From contig CAVSLA010000005.1 in assembly GCA_963728825.1 (NCBI GenBank), positions 254,634 through 318,633 of the forward strand: a DNA stretch of 64,000 nucleotides, read 5' to 3'. The stretch is from an uncultured Acidobacteriota bacterium. GTDB lineage: Bacteria; Acidobacteriota; Vicinamibacteria; Vicinamibacterales; CAVVIG01. The notes under the pieces are model-generated. The model worked only from the letters and a program-made list of their open reading frames with translations. It ran no database searches and was not told the DNA's origin. The number at the start of each line of letters is the position of its first letter. Within the stretch, counting starts at the first letter, position 1. Below are positions 34,830-45,716 of this stretch, piece after piece. A program made the translations under genes and the position numbers.

Positions 34830-34961
34830 ATTGGTGTCAAAGCGGGGTCGGAGACCTGTCAGAACGGTATCGGAGCGGTGTCAGAGCAGTGTCGGAGGAG
34901 TGTCGGAGCAGTCTCAGACAGGTGTCAGAGCGGTGTCAGACCTATGTCGGAGCAGGGTCGG
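34830..34961. repeat. 12 strictly phased 11-bp units, consensus AGC[G/A]GTGTC[A/G]G, with degenerate copies back to about 34801
   Basis: Hand segmentation gives units ending at 34840, 34851, 34862 and so on to 34961, with no phase slip. It fills the spacer between the pdaD stop and the start of the barrel gene. Confidence 0.85.
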
Positions 34962-34971
34962 AGCCGCCTTG

Positions 34972-35523
34972 CTATCCGACCAGCACGGCGGCGGCGACGA
35001 CGGTCGTCCAGAGGCCCTTTTTGTCCCCGACAGCGGTCTGGGTGACGTTCTGCGTCCGGACGATCTGATTGGAGAGGCGATACACTTCTTTCTTCTCGTC
35101 CCAGCTCTTGTCCGGATCGAAATCCAGACCGAGCGTCGTCGCGAGCATCTCTGCCGCGAGCTCCTCAGCGTAGTCGCCCGCGATGTCTTCGCTCTCCCCG
35201 AAGCTGTGGTGCTCCGAGAGATACCCGTACAGGCTCTTGTCGCGGGGAATGGCCACGCCCACCGTCGCCGCAATCAGACGATGGGGTTCGCGCGTCGCGG
35301 CTTCCGACATGACGACGAACGTGACCTGACCGGGCTCCAGACGTTTCACACCCTGCGCGCGCGGAAGGATGCGGCACCCGGGCGGGAAGATGCTCGACAC
35401 GCGGACCAGATTGCACGCGGCAATGCCGGCTGAGCGCAGCGCCAACTCGAACGAGGTCAGCTTTTCGCGGTGTTTCCCCGCACCCTTCGTGAAAAACATC
35501 TCCTTCGGAACGAATCCGACCAC
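34972..35523 (-). CDS. pdaD: pyruvoyl-dependent arginine decarboxylase
   Basis: ORF track 34972..35679. In-frame GTG at 35523 is preceded by AAGGAG at 6 nt. Sequence VVGFVPKEMFFTKGAGKHREKLTSFELALRSAGIAACNLVRVSSIFPP, where the SS is the pyruvoyl cleavage site. Confidence 0.75.
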   Translation of the reverse strand: MVGFVPKEMFFTKGAGKHREKLTSFELALRSAGIAACNLVRVSSIFPPGCRILPRAQGVKRLEPGQVTFVVMSEAATREPHRLIAATVGVAIPRDKSLYGYLSEHHSFGESEDIAGDYAEELAAEMLATTLGLDFDPDKSWDEKKEVYRLSNQIVRTQNVTQTAVGDKKGLWTTVVAAAVLVG

Positions 35524-35666
35524 GTCACGCTCCTTGTCGAGGGAACGTGCATGGTAAACAGCAACTTCTCCACTGTCAAGGAAATGGGGCGTAAAATAGA
35601 GTAGTTCGAACGCCGACCGACGCCCGACCGTATATATCTGGGTACGGCCCTTCAGCGAGGATTCCC

Positions 35667-36407
35667 GTGACCGAAACACTGCCGTTACCTTCCGGGATCA
35701 GCGCCCCTGCGCCCAAGGGGCTCGTCGAACGAATCGTTGGCGTGATCTTCTCGCCGGGCGAGACGTACAGGTCCGTCGCGGCTCGCCCGAAAATCCTGGG
35801 GGCCCTCGCGGTCGTAGCGATCGCGATGGGAGCGACCTCTTTCGCATTTCTGTCGACCGAGGTTGGCCAGAATGCCCTGCTGGATCAGCAGGTCCGATTC
35901 ATGGAGTCGTTCCGCATCAATCTGCCCGACGAGGCGTACGCCCAGATGGAACGAGGCGCCTCGAGAACGAAGTACTTCGGGCTGCTTGGCGTGCTCGCCT
36001 GGGTCCCGCTCGGGTGCGCGGCGGTCGCCGGACTGATTTTGCTCATCTTCAACGTCGTCATGGGTGGCGAGGCATCGTTCAAGCAGGCGTATGCCATCAC
36101 GGCGCACTCTCAGATTCTGATCGCCCTGCAGCAGCTCTTCGTCACGCCGTTGAACTACGTGCGCGAGACAATGTCGAGCGCGACGAACCTCGGCGTCTTT
36201 CTGCCGATGCTCGACGAAACGAGCTTCCCGGCGCGCCTGTTGGGTGCCATCGACCTCTTCTGGATCTGGTGGATCGTCAGCCTGGCGATCGGCCTGGGCG
36301 CGTTGTACAAGCGCAAGACCGCGCCGATCGCGTGGTCGCTGCTCGCGGTCTATTTCAGCATTGCCCTCATCGTGGCGGCGGTGATGACCGCCTTCGCAGG
36401 AGCGTAG
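35667..36407 (+). CDS. YIP1-family integral membrane protein
   Basis: ORF track, 246 aa. Five predicted TM segments. Its stop abuts the start of the next gene. Confidence 0.55.
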   Translation: MTETLPLPSGISAPAPKGLVERIVGVIFSPGETYRSVAARPKILGALAVVAIAMGATSFAFLSTEVGQNALLDQQVRFMESFRINLPDEAYAQMERGASRTKYFGLLGVLAWVPLGCAAVAGLILLIFNVVMGGEASFKQAYAITAHSQILIALQQLFVTPLNYVRETMSSATNLGVFLPMLDETSFPARLLGAIDLFWIWWIVSLAIGLGALYKRKTAPIAWSLLAVYFSIALIVAAVMTAFAGA

Positions 36408-37769
36408 ATGACGACTGGCAAGAAAATCCTCATAACCGTGGGCGTGCTGCTGCTGGCGGCAGCAGTGGTGGCCGCCAATCTCTGGTTTGGACGCGAAACC
36501 GCGTTGGACGTCACCATCGAAGCGATCAAGGTTCGCGATCTCGAGTCGATTGTCTCGGCTTCCGGCCGGATTCAGCCCAAGCGCCTGGTGAATATCAGCG
36601 CCGAAACGTCCGGCCGTGTCGTCGAGCTCGCGGTCAACGAAGGTGACCGCGTGAAGCGCGGACAGTTTCTGCTGCAGATCGATCCCAAATCGCTCAGGAC
36701 CCGCGTCGACGGCGGCACCGCTTCTCTCGAGGCGGCCGCGGCCTCGTTGGAACAGACGCGTCAAGCCGTGCAGACGGCACGCGTCCAACTCGAGCAGGCG
36801 CAACGCAACCACGCCCGACAGCAGGAGCTCTGGAGTCAGCAGCTGACCACGCGGGAAGCGCTCGAACGGGCCGAGAACGACGTCCGCGGAGCGGAATCGG
36901 CGCTGCGCGAGCGTGAAAAGCAGGTGACCGCCCAGACCGCGCGCATCGATCAGGAGCGGGCCGGGCTCGAAAGCGCCCGCTACGACCTGAGCAAGGTCCG
37001 GCTCGAATCGCCGATCGACGGCATCGTGACGCGCCGCAACATTCAACAGGGCGAAACCGCGGTCATCGGCACCATGAACAATGCCGGCACGGTGCTGCTG
37101 ACCCTCGCCGACATGTCGGTGATTCAGGCCGAAGTCGAGGTCGACGAAACCAACATCCCGCACGTCTCGCTTGGCCAGTCGGCAAAAGTGATCATCGACG
37201 CCCTGCCGGAACGAACCTTTCACGGCAAGGTCACCGAAATCGGCAACAGCCCGATTCAGGCGACCGGGGCCGCCGCCGGATCGCGTCAGGCGACCAACTT
37301 CAAGGTGGTGGTCGCCATCGACGGCGACATTCCCGATGTCCGGCCGAGTTTCACCTGTACGGCCGATATCAACACCGCGGCGCGCAAGGGCGTCACGGCT
37401 GTTCCGATCGCGGCCGTGGCGGTTCGCGAGCTGGTCTACGACGACAAGACCGATCAAATCGTCAAGGAACCGCAGAACGATCGCCGCCGCCGCCGCCCGG
37501 CCGTCGAGCCGGTCGCGTCGGCTGCCGAGCTGCCGGCGGGCCAGACGCGCCGGGAGACCGAAGGCGTATTCGTCATCCGCGAGGGCCGCGCCGAGTTCGT
37601 GCCAATCAAGATGGGGATTGCCGGCGAGCAGTATTTTGAAGTGCTCGAGGGTCTCAAGCCCGGCGACGAGGTGATCACGGGCCCCTTCAGCTCGGTCAGA
37701 AATCTCACCGAAGGCGATCAGGTCCGGGCCGAAAATCCGCAGACGCGACCGGGCGGCAGGCGGCCGTAG
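36408..37769 (+). CDS. periplasmic adaptor (HlyD/MacA membrane-fusion family)
   Basis: ORF track, 453 aa. N-terminal TM, a long coiled-coil hairpin, and barrel-sandwich and beta-barrel segments. Confidence 0.75.
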   Translation: MTTGKKILITVGVLLLAAAVVAANLWFGRETALDVTIEAIKVRDLESIVSASGRIQPKRLVNISAETSGRVVELAVNEGDRVKRGQFLLQIDPKSLRTRVDGGTASLEAAAASLEQTRQAVQTARVQLEQAQRNHARQQELWSQQLTTREALERAENDVRGAESALREREKQVTAQTARIDQERAGLESARYDLSKVRLESPIDGIVTRRNIQQGETAVIGTMNNAGTVLLTLADMSVIQAEVEVDETNIPHVSLGQSAKVIIDALPERTFHGKVTEIGNSPIQATGAAAGSRQATNFKVVVAIDGDIPDVRPSFTCTADINTAARKGVTAVPIAAVAVRELVYDDKTDQIVKEPQNDRRRRRPAVEPVASAAELPAGQTRRETEGVFVIREGRAEFVPIKMGIAGEQYFEVLEGLKPGDEVITGPFSSVRNLTEGDQVRAENPQTRPGGRRP

Positions 37770-37780
37770 GTCGGCTGGAT

Positions 37781-39000
<1,220 letters not shown>

Positions 39001-39004
<4 letters not shown>

Positions 39005-40305
39005 GAAGCAGCCTGCTCGGCGAAGTCGTGCTGATGGCGCTCGATACGGTGCGCACCAACAAGCTGCGCTCGGCGCTGACCGTACTCGGCGTCGTGATCG
39101 GCATCACGTCGATCGTCGGCATGACGGCGATGATTCGCGGCTTCGACGAATCGCTGCGTGACTCGGTCCGTGAGATCGGCCCCAACATCATCTTCGTGCA
39201 GCGGTTCGGCCCGACCAGTTTCACGAGCGGCGACATCTTCAACCAGCTGATGAAGCGGCCCAACCTGACGATCTCCGACGCACGCGCCATCGAAGAAGAG
39301 GCGCCGACCATCCAGCTGGTCGACGTCCAGCTTGGCGCCGGCGGCTTCGGCCCGCCCACTCAGGAACGGATCTTCTACCGCGAACAGCGGACGCGTCCGA
39401 TCATCGTGTTCGGCACGACTGAAAACTTCGCGGTCGGCACGAGTCTCGAGCTGACCGCCGGACGTTTCTTCACCGGCACCGAGGTGCAGTATCGCAAGAA
39501 CGTCGTCGTCCTTGGCCAGACGCCGTTCCAGGCCTTGTTCGGGGAAACCGGCACCGACCCGGTGGGAAAGATCGTGCGGGTCGGGGCGGAGCGCTACACC
39601 GTGATCGGCGTGTTCGAAAAGCGCCCGGCGGTCGGCGGCTTCAACGCCGGACAGGACGACTTCGTCGTCATTCCCTACACGAGCTATCAGCGGCAGTTCG
39701 GTCTGGGCGGCATGTTCTTCAGGCAGGGCCGCAACTCGACCGAGATGGTACCGATTCAAATTGCCGCCGTACCGCGCGACGGGGTGCCGCAGGCCGAAGC
39801 CATCGCCGACGTCCAGCGGGTGATGCGGGTCCGGCATGGCCTCCGGCTCGACGAACCGGACGACTTCGACATCCTGACCCAGGACGCCATCCTGCAGCTC
39901 TGGGACCAGATCAGCCAGGCGACGTTTCTGGCACTGGTGGTGATCTCGTCAATCGCCCTGATGGTCGGCGGCATCGGCGTGATGGCGATCATGTCGATCT
40001 CGGTCACCGAGCGCACGCGCGAGATCGGCGTCCGCAAGGCGCTCGGCGCCAGGCGGGCCGAGATCCTCTTTCAGTTTCTGATGGAAGCGGCGTTTCTGAC
40101 GTCGCTCGGCGGCGTCCTCGGAATCGTGCTGGGCGCCGTGATCGGCTGGATCGTCCACCTGGTGTCCGGGTTTCCGATCTCGCTGCCGTGGTGGTCGTTC
40201 GCCCTCGGACTCGGGTTCTCTGCGTCGGTCGGCATCTTTTTCGGGATGTACCCGGCCTTCAAAGCGTCCAGGCTCGACCCTATCGAAGCGCTGCGCTACG
40301 AATAG
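39001..40305 (+). CDS. MacB-type (FtsX family) ABC permease without an ATPase domain, copy 2
   Basis: In-frame GTG at 39001 overlaps the upstream stop, with an alternative ATG at 39034, within ORF 38266..40305. Sequence LDTVRTNKLRSALTVLGVVIG...ERTREIGVRKALGARRAEI. Confidence 0.7.
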
Positions 40306-43300
40306 ACAGCCCGCTGTCCAGCGGCATTCCGGTCATCGCCAGGAATTCGTTCAACTCCCGGGTCGCCACCGCGAGACGGGTGTCGCCAGTTTCCGCGTAG
40401 CAGTCGCGGCGGAGCAATAGGAAGTCGCGCGCCCATGGGACGTTGGGCTCGAGCGTGCCGATCGCCTGCGCGCAGAGCCCCTTGAAGTCCACGTAGGTGG
40501 TCAAGAGCGCGAGGGCGCCGCGACGGCGGTGATCGGCGACCTTCACCGCGAACGGCTCGCGCAGCGCCTCGAACATCCGCCGGGCGAGGACGGGGTTCAC
40601 CGACCCGAGCGCCTGGGCCCGTGCCACGGCCTTGTGCGCAAATCTCGGCAGCGCCCAGGCATCGCGGCGGAAGGTCGCGAACGCGCTCTCCAGCGCCGCC
40701 GCCGAGGCCTCGTAGTCGCGCTGAACGAAGCGCAGTTCCGCCAGGAGCACATCGGCCTCGCCGGCGTGATACGGCCGGAGCCGATCGATCGTCTCGAGCG
40801 CGGCCGCGTCGCCGGCCGACGCCTGGAGGTCGGCCAGCATCGCGATCTCGTTCATGTCGGCGGGCGGCAGCGACTGCTGCGCCCAGGCGGCGCGAGCCGC
40901 GGGGATGTTGTCTTCGCGGAAATAGCGGATGAGCGCGAGCTGACGCGCCTGATCGCCGGCCGGCGATCCCGGATTCACCTGCAGCAAGCCTCCATCCGCG
41001 GACATCTGGCTGATCCGCGACATCTCGACGGCCGCCCAATCGATCGGTCCGTCGACCGCGGGACGCGTGGCGCCGATCGCCTGGGCTAGCAACCGAATCT
41101 GCGACACGATGTCGTATTCCCGTCCCAGCGAGCGGGCGAAGCCAAACTCCACGACATTGCGGTCGTCGGTATTGATCCGAACGCCGGGCGCGGCGGCAAT
41201 CGCCCGTGTCAGCTGATCGCCGGCGAGATAACGGGCCAAAAAGCCGTGCAGGTCGCTCGCGCGCCAGGCGACCCGCAACGCGGAGCGGTACGGCTCTTCG
41301 CGAAGCCGCGCGGCGAGCCGCGCGACATCGTAGACGGGTGCCCGTTTGGCCGCGACCAGCACGATGTCGCCGCCACGCGTCTGCCAGGTCTCGACCGACG
41401 GAAAGACCGATGCCACCGTTGCATAGACGGTCCGGACCGCGGCCGCATCGACGCCGTAGGCCTGCAGCCATTGCATGAAGATGCCGTCGTCGGTCAACCG
41501 ATCGTTGGCGGCGCGGTAGTAGTCCTGTGTGAACAGACTCGCCACCCCCGCGCGGAACGGATTGGAGGGCTCCGACGCAATCAGGTCGTAGCGCTCGCTG
41601 GTCGTCAAAAGGACTTCGCGCGCGTCGCCGACGCGGACATGCACTTTCGGGTTGTTGAGCACATCCTGGTTCACGGCGACCGACTTGCGCGCCACTTCGA
41701 GCACGATCGACTCGAGCTCGACGACGTCGACGTGTTCCATCGACGGGACGGCGCCGAGCCAGCCGGCGGAGCTGCCGGTGCCGAGCCCGATGACCAGTGA
41801 TCGTTTGGGATTCGGATGCAGGATGCTGCCGATCAGCGCGAGCATCACCTGCGTGCCGGCGTCGACGCGTGCGCTGCCGTCCGTCTTGCCGTTGACGATG
41901 AACGCGTAACCGCCGCTGCCGACCGACAGCGCGACGCTGCTTTCAAATCCATCTGCCTGCCACTCGACGTAGCCGCGCTGCGTATGGATCCAGCTGCGCA
42001 GGTCCTGTGGCGAGGTGATGGTGGTGATGCCGGACGTGCCCGAGGCGATCCCGCTGTGGCGCCAGACTGCCGTCGGCCCGATCGCTGTCAGGAACAGAAT
42101 CGTCACGCCGGCGAGCGCCAGGGCCGGAAGCGCGGGCTGCCAGCGCGTCGCCTGCGTCCTGACCGACATGACGGCCGCCGCGATGCCAAGCGCCACGAGA
42201 CAGAGCGCCGCGAACCGCCATGCGCCGGGTACCGTCATGAGCGGCAACACCAGGAATCCACCCGCCAGCGATCCGGCAATCGCACCAAGCGTGTTGGCAG
42301 CGTAGGCGAGACCGATCTGGCGGCCGACGTTCTCGCGGCCGCGGCCGAACAGCGCGATGAGCTGCGGAAACTGATAGCCGGCGATGATCGCGGCGGGCAG
42401 CACGACAATCGCGGCGACAATCGTCCAGCCCGCCACGAGGGCGCTGAACGCCGCCTGACCGAGCGGGATCAGGACCAGCGCGAGCAGCGCAATCCGATCG
42501 CCGAGCGCGAAGGCGAGGGCGATCGCGGCTGCCTCGAGCAGACAGGAGGTCGCCAGCCCCGCGAGCGACGCCGGCCGGTTGACGCCGATGAGCGAGTACA
42601 ACAGGCCGCCCACGCCGATCCCGACCAGCGCGACGGCGAGAATGAGCCCGAAGGTGAACACCGACCCGCCGAGCAGCGGACCAAGCATCCGGTACCAGAC
42701 CAGCTCCATCAGGAAGAACGCGAACCCGACCGTGCCCGACGCGACCAGCAGGAACCAGGTCGGCGCCTGGGCCCCGATTGCCGCCGTCGGCGCAGCCTCT
42801 TCGTCGCCGGCTTCCTCGGCGACGCTGGACGACCGATCGACCTGGCGGGCCAGGACGACGACGAGAATGTTCAGGCCGGCGGCCAGCCAGAGCGTCTGAC
42901 GCGTGCCGAAGATCTCGAGCATGTAAAAGGTCGAGGCCACGCAGCCGGCGACCGCGCCGAGCGTGTTCAATCCGTACAGCGTCGCGACATCCTGGCGCCG
43001 CGCATCGCTGCCGCGCGTCACGCCGCGGGCCGCCGCCGGCAGCGTGCCGCCCATGACGAAGGTCGGCACCGCGAGCACGATCGTGCTGAGGACCAGACGC
43101 AGCAGGGTTCCCGCCGCCGTCCCGAGCTGCAGCGTGCCGCCGAGCGAGAAATAGATGAACTGAACGGCGCTCAAGATGAACGGGGTCAGCGCCGCGGACA
43201 CGGCGACGATCGTTTCAAGCTGCGCGTAATAGAGAATCGGCCGCGGATGGCGGTCGGCGCGCGGGCCGAGGAAGAGGCCGCCCAGCCCGAGACCGCCGAC

Positions 43301-43480
43301 GAAGATCGCCAGCACCGCGGCCGATGCGGCGGTGGACGCGCCGAAGATCAGCCGGAACTCGCGCATCCAGGCGGTCTGATAGATGAGCGCCGAGCAGCCG
43401 GATCCGAAAAGGAGCAGCGCCACCCGCCATGCCTGAGCTCGCGGCGGAGCAGCCCCGACGGTCGTATCGAGAGCAGTCAT
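40280..43480 (-). CDS. fused multi-TM (MFS-like) / spermidine-synthase-like methyltransferase-fold protein with a long helical C-terminal domain
   Basis: ATG at 43480 (alternative 43510) within ORF 40280..44098. About 12-14 TM segments, then LVIGLGTGSSAGW...YDLIASEPSNPF (spermidine synthase / SAM-MTase fold), then a helical tail of about 350 aa. Confidence 0.65.
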   Translation of the reverse strand: MTALDTTVGAAPPRAQAWRVALLLFGSGCSALIYQTAWMREFRLIFGASTAASAAVLAIFVGGLGLGGLFLGPRADRHPRPILYYAQLETIVAVSAALTPFILSAVQFIYFSLGGTLQLGTAAGTLLRLVLSTIVLAVPTFVMGGTLPAAARGVTRGSDARRQDVATLYGLNTLGAVAGCVASTFYMLEIFGTRQTLWLAAGLNILVVVLARQVDRSSSVAEEAGDEEAAPTAAIGAQAPTWFLLVASGTVGFAFFLMELVWYRMLGPLLGGSVFTFGLILAVALVGIGVGGLLYSLIGVNRPASLAGLATSCLLEAAAIALAFALGDRIALLALVLIPLGQAAFSALVAGWTIVAAIVVLPAAIIAGYQFPQLIALFGRGRENVGRQIGLAYAANTLGAIAGSLAGGFLVLPLMTVPGAWRFAALCLVALGIAAAVMSVRTQATRWQPALPALALAGVTILFLTAIGPTAVWRHSGIASGTSGITTITSPQDLRSWIHTQRGYVEWQADGFESSVALSVGSGGYAFIVNGKTDGSARVDAGTQVMLALIGSILHPNPKRSLVIGLGTGSSAGWLGAVPSMEHVDVVELESIVLEVARKSVAVNQDVLNNPKVHVRVGDAREVLLTTSERYDLIASEPSNPFRAGVASLFTQDYYRAANDRLTDDGIFMQWLQAYGVDAAAVRTVYATVASVFPSVETWQTRGGDIVLVAAKRAPVYDVARLAARLREEPYRSALRVAWRASDLHGFLARYLAGDQLTRAIAAAPGVRINTDDRNVVEFGFARSLGREYDIVSQIRLLAQAIGATRPAVDGPIDWAAVEMSRISQMSADGGLLQVNPGSPAGDQARQLALIRYFREDNIPAARAAWAQQSLPPADMNEIAMLADLQASAGDAAALETIDRLRPYHAGEADVLLAELRFVQRDYEASAAALESAFATFRRDAWALPRFAHKAVARAQALGSVNPVLARRMFEALREPFAVKVADHRRRGALALLTTYVDFKGLCAQAIGTLEPNVPWARDFLLLRRDCYAETGDTRLAVATRELNEFLAMTGMPLDSGLSIRSAALR

Positions 43481-43583
43481 TCCGTCGAACGTTATCGGCC
43501 GGGACCACATCGGGCTATAGCCGCTGCCCCGTCCTTCGAATATGATCCGCCTTTGGACGTGGCTCTGAAATAGGCGGGCATGA

Positions 43584-43601
43584 GCGGGGGAGGGGCCCCG
43601 C
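43584..43601 (+). repeat. GC hairpin element, copy at the EF-G gene (GCGGGG-GAGGGG-CCCCGC)
   Basis: Core GGGGGAGGGGCCCC at 43586-43599 ends 13 nt before the ATG at 43613. The following GCGAGGGTAAACG resembles the rpsE copy (GCGAGAAAGTAAAA). Confidence 0.7.
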
Positions 43602-43612
43602 GAGGGTAAACG

Positions 43613-45709
43613 ATGAAGGTCTACGACGCCGCCAGCATCCGTAACGTCGCGCTTGTCGGACACACCGGTTCGGGAAAGACCCAGCTCGCCGCAGCCATTC
43701 TGTCGACCGCGGGCATGGTGAACCGGTTCGGCAAAGTGGACGAAGGAACGACCGTCACCGATTTCGACGAAGAAGAGATCGCCCGGAAACACACCTTGTC
43801 GGCCAGCCTCGCCTACGCCGAGTGGAACAAGCACAAGGTCAACCTGATTGACACGCCGGGCATCGGCAACTTCTTGAGCGACGCGCGCGCGGCCCTGACG
43901 GTCGCCGATGCCGCGCTGGTGGTGGTGGACGCGGTTGCCGGCGTGATGGTGCAGACCGAAAAGGTCTGGGCGGCGGCCGACGAGCTGCAGCTTCCCCGGC
44001 TCGTCGTCCTGAATCGGTTCGATCGCGATCGCGCCAGCCTCGATCGCGCGCTGCAGTCGCTGCGCGAGGCATGCGGCCGTACCGTCATTCCGATTCAACT
44101 GCCGATTGGCGAGGAGAAGTCGTTCCGCGGCGTGGTCGATCTCGTCACCAGGAAGGCGTACACCTACCAGACGGACGAGAGCGGCAAGTTCACCGAGGGC
44201 GCGGTATCCGGCGAGATGGCGCCCGCGGTCGAGGCGGCGCGCGAGGCCCTCGTCGAGATGGTGGCCGAAGCTGACGAAAAATTGATGGAAAAGTTTTTCG
44301 AGGCCGGCACGCTCACGGACGAGGAACTGGTCGCCGGTTTGCGCGGCGCCATCGCCACCGGCCGGGTGTTCCCGCTGCTGTGTGTCTCGAGCCTGCTAAA
44401 CATCGGCGTCCAGCCGCTGCTCGACGCCATCGTGGCCTACGTGCCATCACCGGTCGAGCGGCCCTTCAAGGGACTCGACAAGAGCGGCGCCGAAGTGCTC
44501 CGCAAGGCCGACGACAAGTCGCCGGTCGCGGCGTTCGTGTGGAAGACCGTTGCCGACCCGTTCGCCGGCCGCATCACGATGTTCCGCGTGGTGTCGGGCA
44601 CGCTCAAGTCGGACTCGACGGTCCACAACAAGACCAAAGACGTGCCGGAGCGGCTCGGTCACCTCCAGTTGCAGCAGGGCAAAACACCGTCGACGGTCCC
44701 GGACATTAAGGCCGGTGACCTCGGGGCCGTCGCCAAGTTGAAGGACACCCAAACCAACGACACCATCGGCGACAAGGCGGACCCGACCACCTTCCCGCCG
44801 CTCAAATTCCCTGAGCCGGTGCTGTCGTACGCCATCGAGCCGAAAACCCGCGGCGACGAGGACAAGATCAGCACGTCGATGCACCGGCTGGAAGAGGAAG
44901 ACCCGTCGATCAAGTACAGCCGCGATCCGCAGACCAAGGAGCTACTGCTGTCCGGACAGGGTCAGCTGCATATCGAGGTCACGGTCGCGAAGCTGAAGCG
45001 TCGCTTCGGCGTCGACGTCAACCTCAAGCCGCCGCGGATTCCGTACCGCGAGACGATCAAGGCCTCGACCGAAGCGCACGGCCGACACAAGAAGCAGACC
45101 GGCGGCCACGGGCAGTTCGGCGACTGCAAGATCAAGGTGGAGCCGCTGGCGCGCGGCGCCGATTTCGAGTTCGTCGACGATATCTTCGGCGGCTCGATTC
45201 CGCGGCAGTTCGTACCGGCGGTCGAAAAGGGGATCCAGGACGCGAGGACCCGGGGATATCTGGCCGGCTACCCGATGGTCGACTTCCGCGTGACCGTGTT
45301 CGACGGCTCGTACCACGACGTCGACTCGAACGAGCTCTCGTTCAAGCTCGCCGGCTCGCTCGCCTTCAAAGACGCGATGACCCGCGCGCGGCCGACGATT
45401 CTCGAGCCGATCATGAACGTCGAGGTCTACGCGCCGTCGGACTACGCCGGCGACCTGATGGGTGACCTCAACGGCCGGCGGGGCCGCATCGGCGGCATGG
45501 ACACGCGCGGCGGCACGACCGTCATCAAGGCGCAGGTGCCGATGTCGGAGATGCTCACCTACGAGCAGCATCTCACCTCCGCCACCGGCGGCCGCGGCTC
45601 GTACCACATGGAGTACTCGCACTACGACGAAGTGCCGACGCCGCTCCAGGCGAAGATCATCGCCGCGGCCAAGGCCGAACGCGCTGGCGTGGAAGTCGAA
45701 GAGGTCTGA
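43613..45709 (+). CDS. fusA: elongation factor G family GTPase (located outside an str operon)
   Basis: ORF track, 698 aa. G1 GHTGSGKT, G3 DTPG, and full-length EF-G domain order (…GGHGQFGDC…). Confidence 0.8.
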   Translation: MKVYDAASIRNVALVGHTGSGKTQLAAAILSTAGMVNRFGKVDEGTTVTDFDEEEIARKHTLSASLAYAEWNKHKVNLIDTPGIGNFLSDARAALTVADAALVVVDAVAGVMVQTEKVWAAADELQLPRLVVLNRFDRDRASLDRALQSLREACGRTVIPIQLPIGEEKSFRGVVDLVTRKAYTYQTDESGKFTEGAVSGEMAPAVEAAREALVEMVAEADEKLMEKFFEAGTLTDEELVAGLRGAIATGRVFPLLCVSSLLNIGVQPLLDAIVAYVPSPVERPFKGLDKSGAEVLRKADDKSPVAAFVWKTVADPFAGRITMFRVVSGTLKSDSTVHNKTKDVPERLGHLQLQQGKTPSTVPDIKAGDLGAVAKLKDTQTNDTIGDKADPTTFPPLKFPEPVLSYAIEPKTRGDEDKISTSMHRLEEEDPSIKYSRDPQTKELLLSGQGQLHIEVTVAKLKRRFGVDVNLKPPRIPYRETIKASTEAHGRHKKQTGGHGQFGDCKIKVEPLARGADFEFVDDIFGGSIPRQFVPAVEKGIQDARTRGYLAGYPMVDFRVTVFDGSYHDVDSNELSFKLAGSLAFKDAMTRARPTILEPIMNVEVYAPSDYAGDLMGDLNGRRGRIGGMDTRGGTTVIKAQVPMSEMLTYEQHLTSATGGRGSYHMEYSHYDEVPTPLQAKIIAAAKAERAGVEVEEV

Positions 45710-45716
45710 CCAGTCG

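Noticed and set aside
34830-34961. Possible CRISPR arrays (this 11-bp array, the 63-bp repeat at 63602-63775, and the word arrays).
   Set aside because: There are no unique spacers between repeats, and the units are contiguous. Unit sizes are 7-11 or 63 bp, not 24-48 bp repeats with 26-72 bp spacers. No cas genes are present in the window.
43481-44098. Upstream 200 aa of the 1272-aa ORF 40280..44098.
   Set aside because: This part runs antisense through the EF-G start region and has shadow-ORF composition. The membrane protein begins at the ATG at 43480 or 43510.
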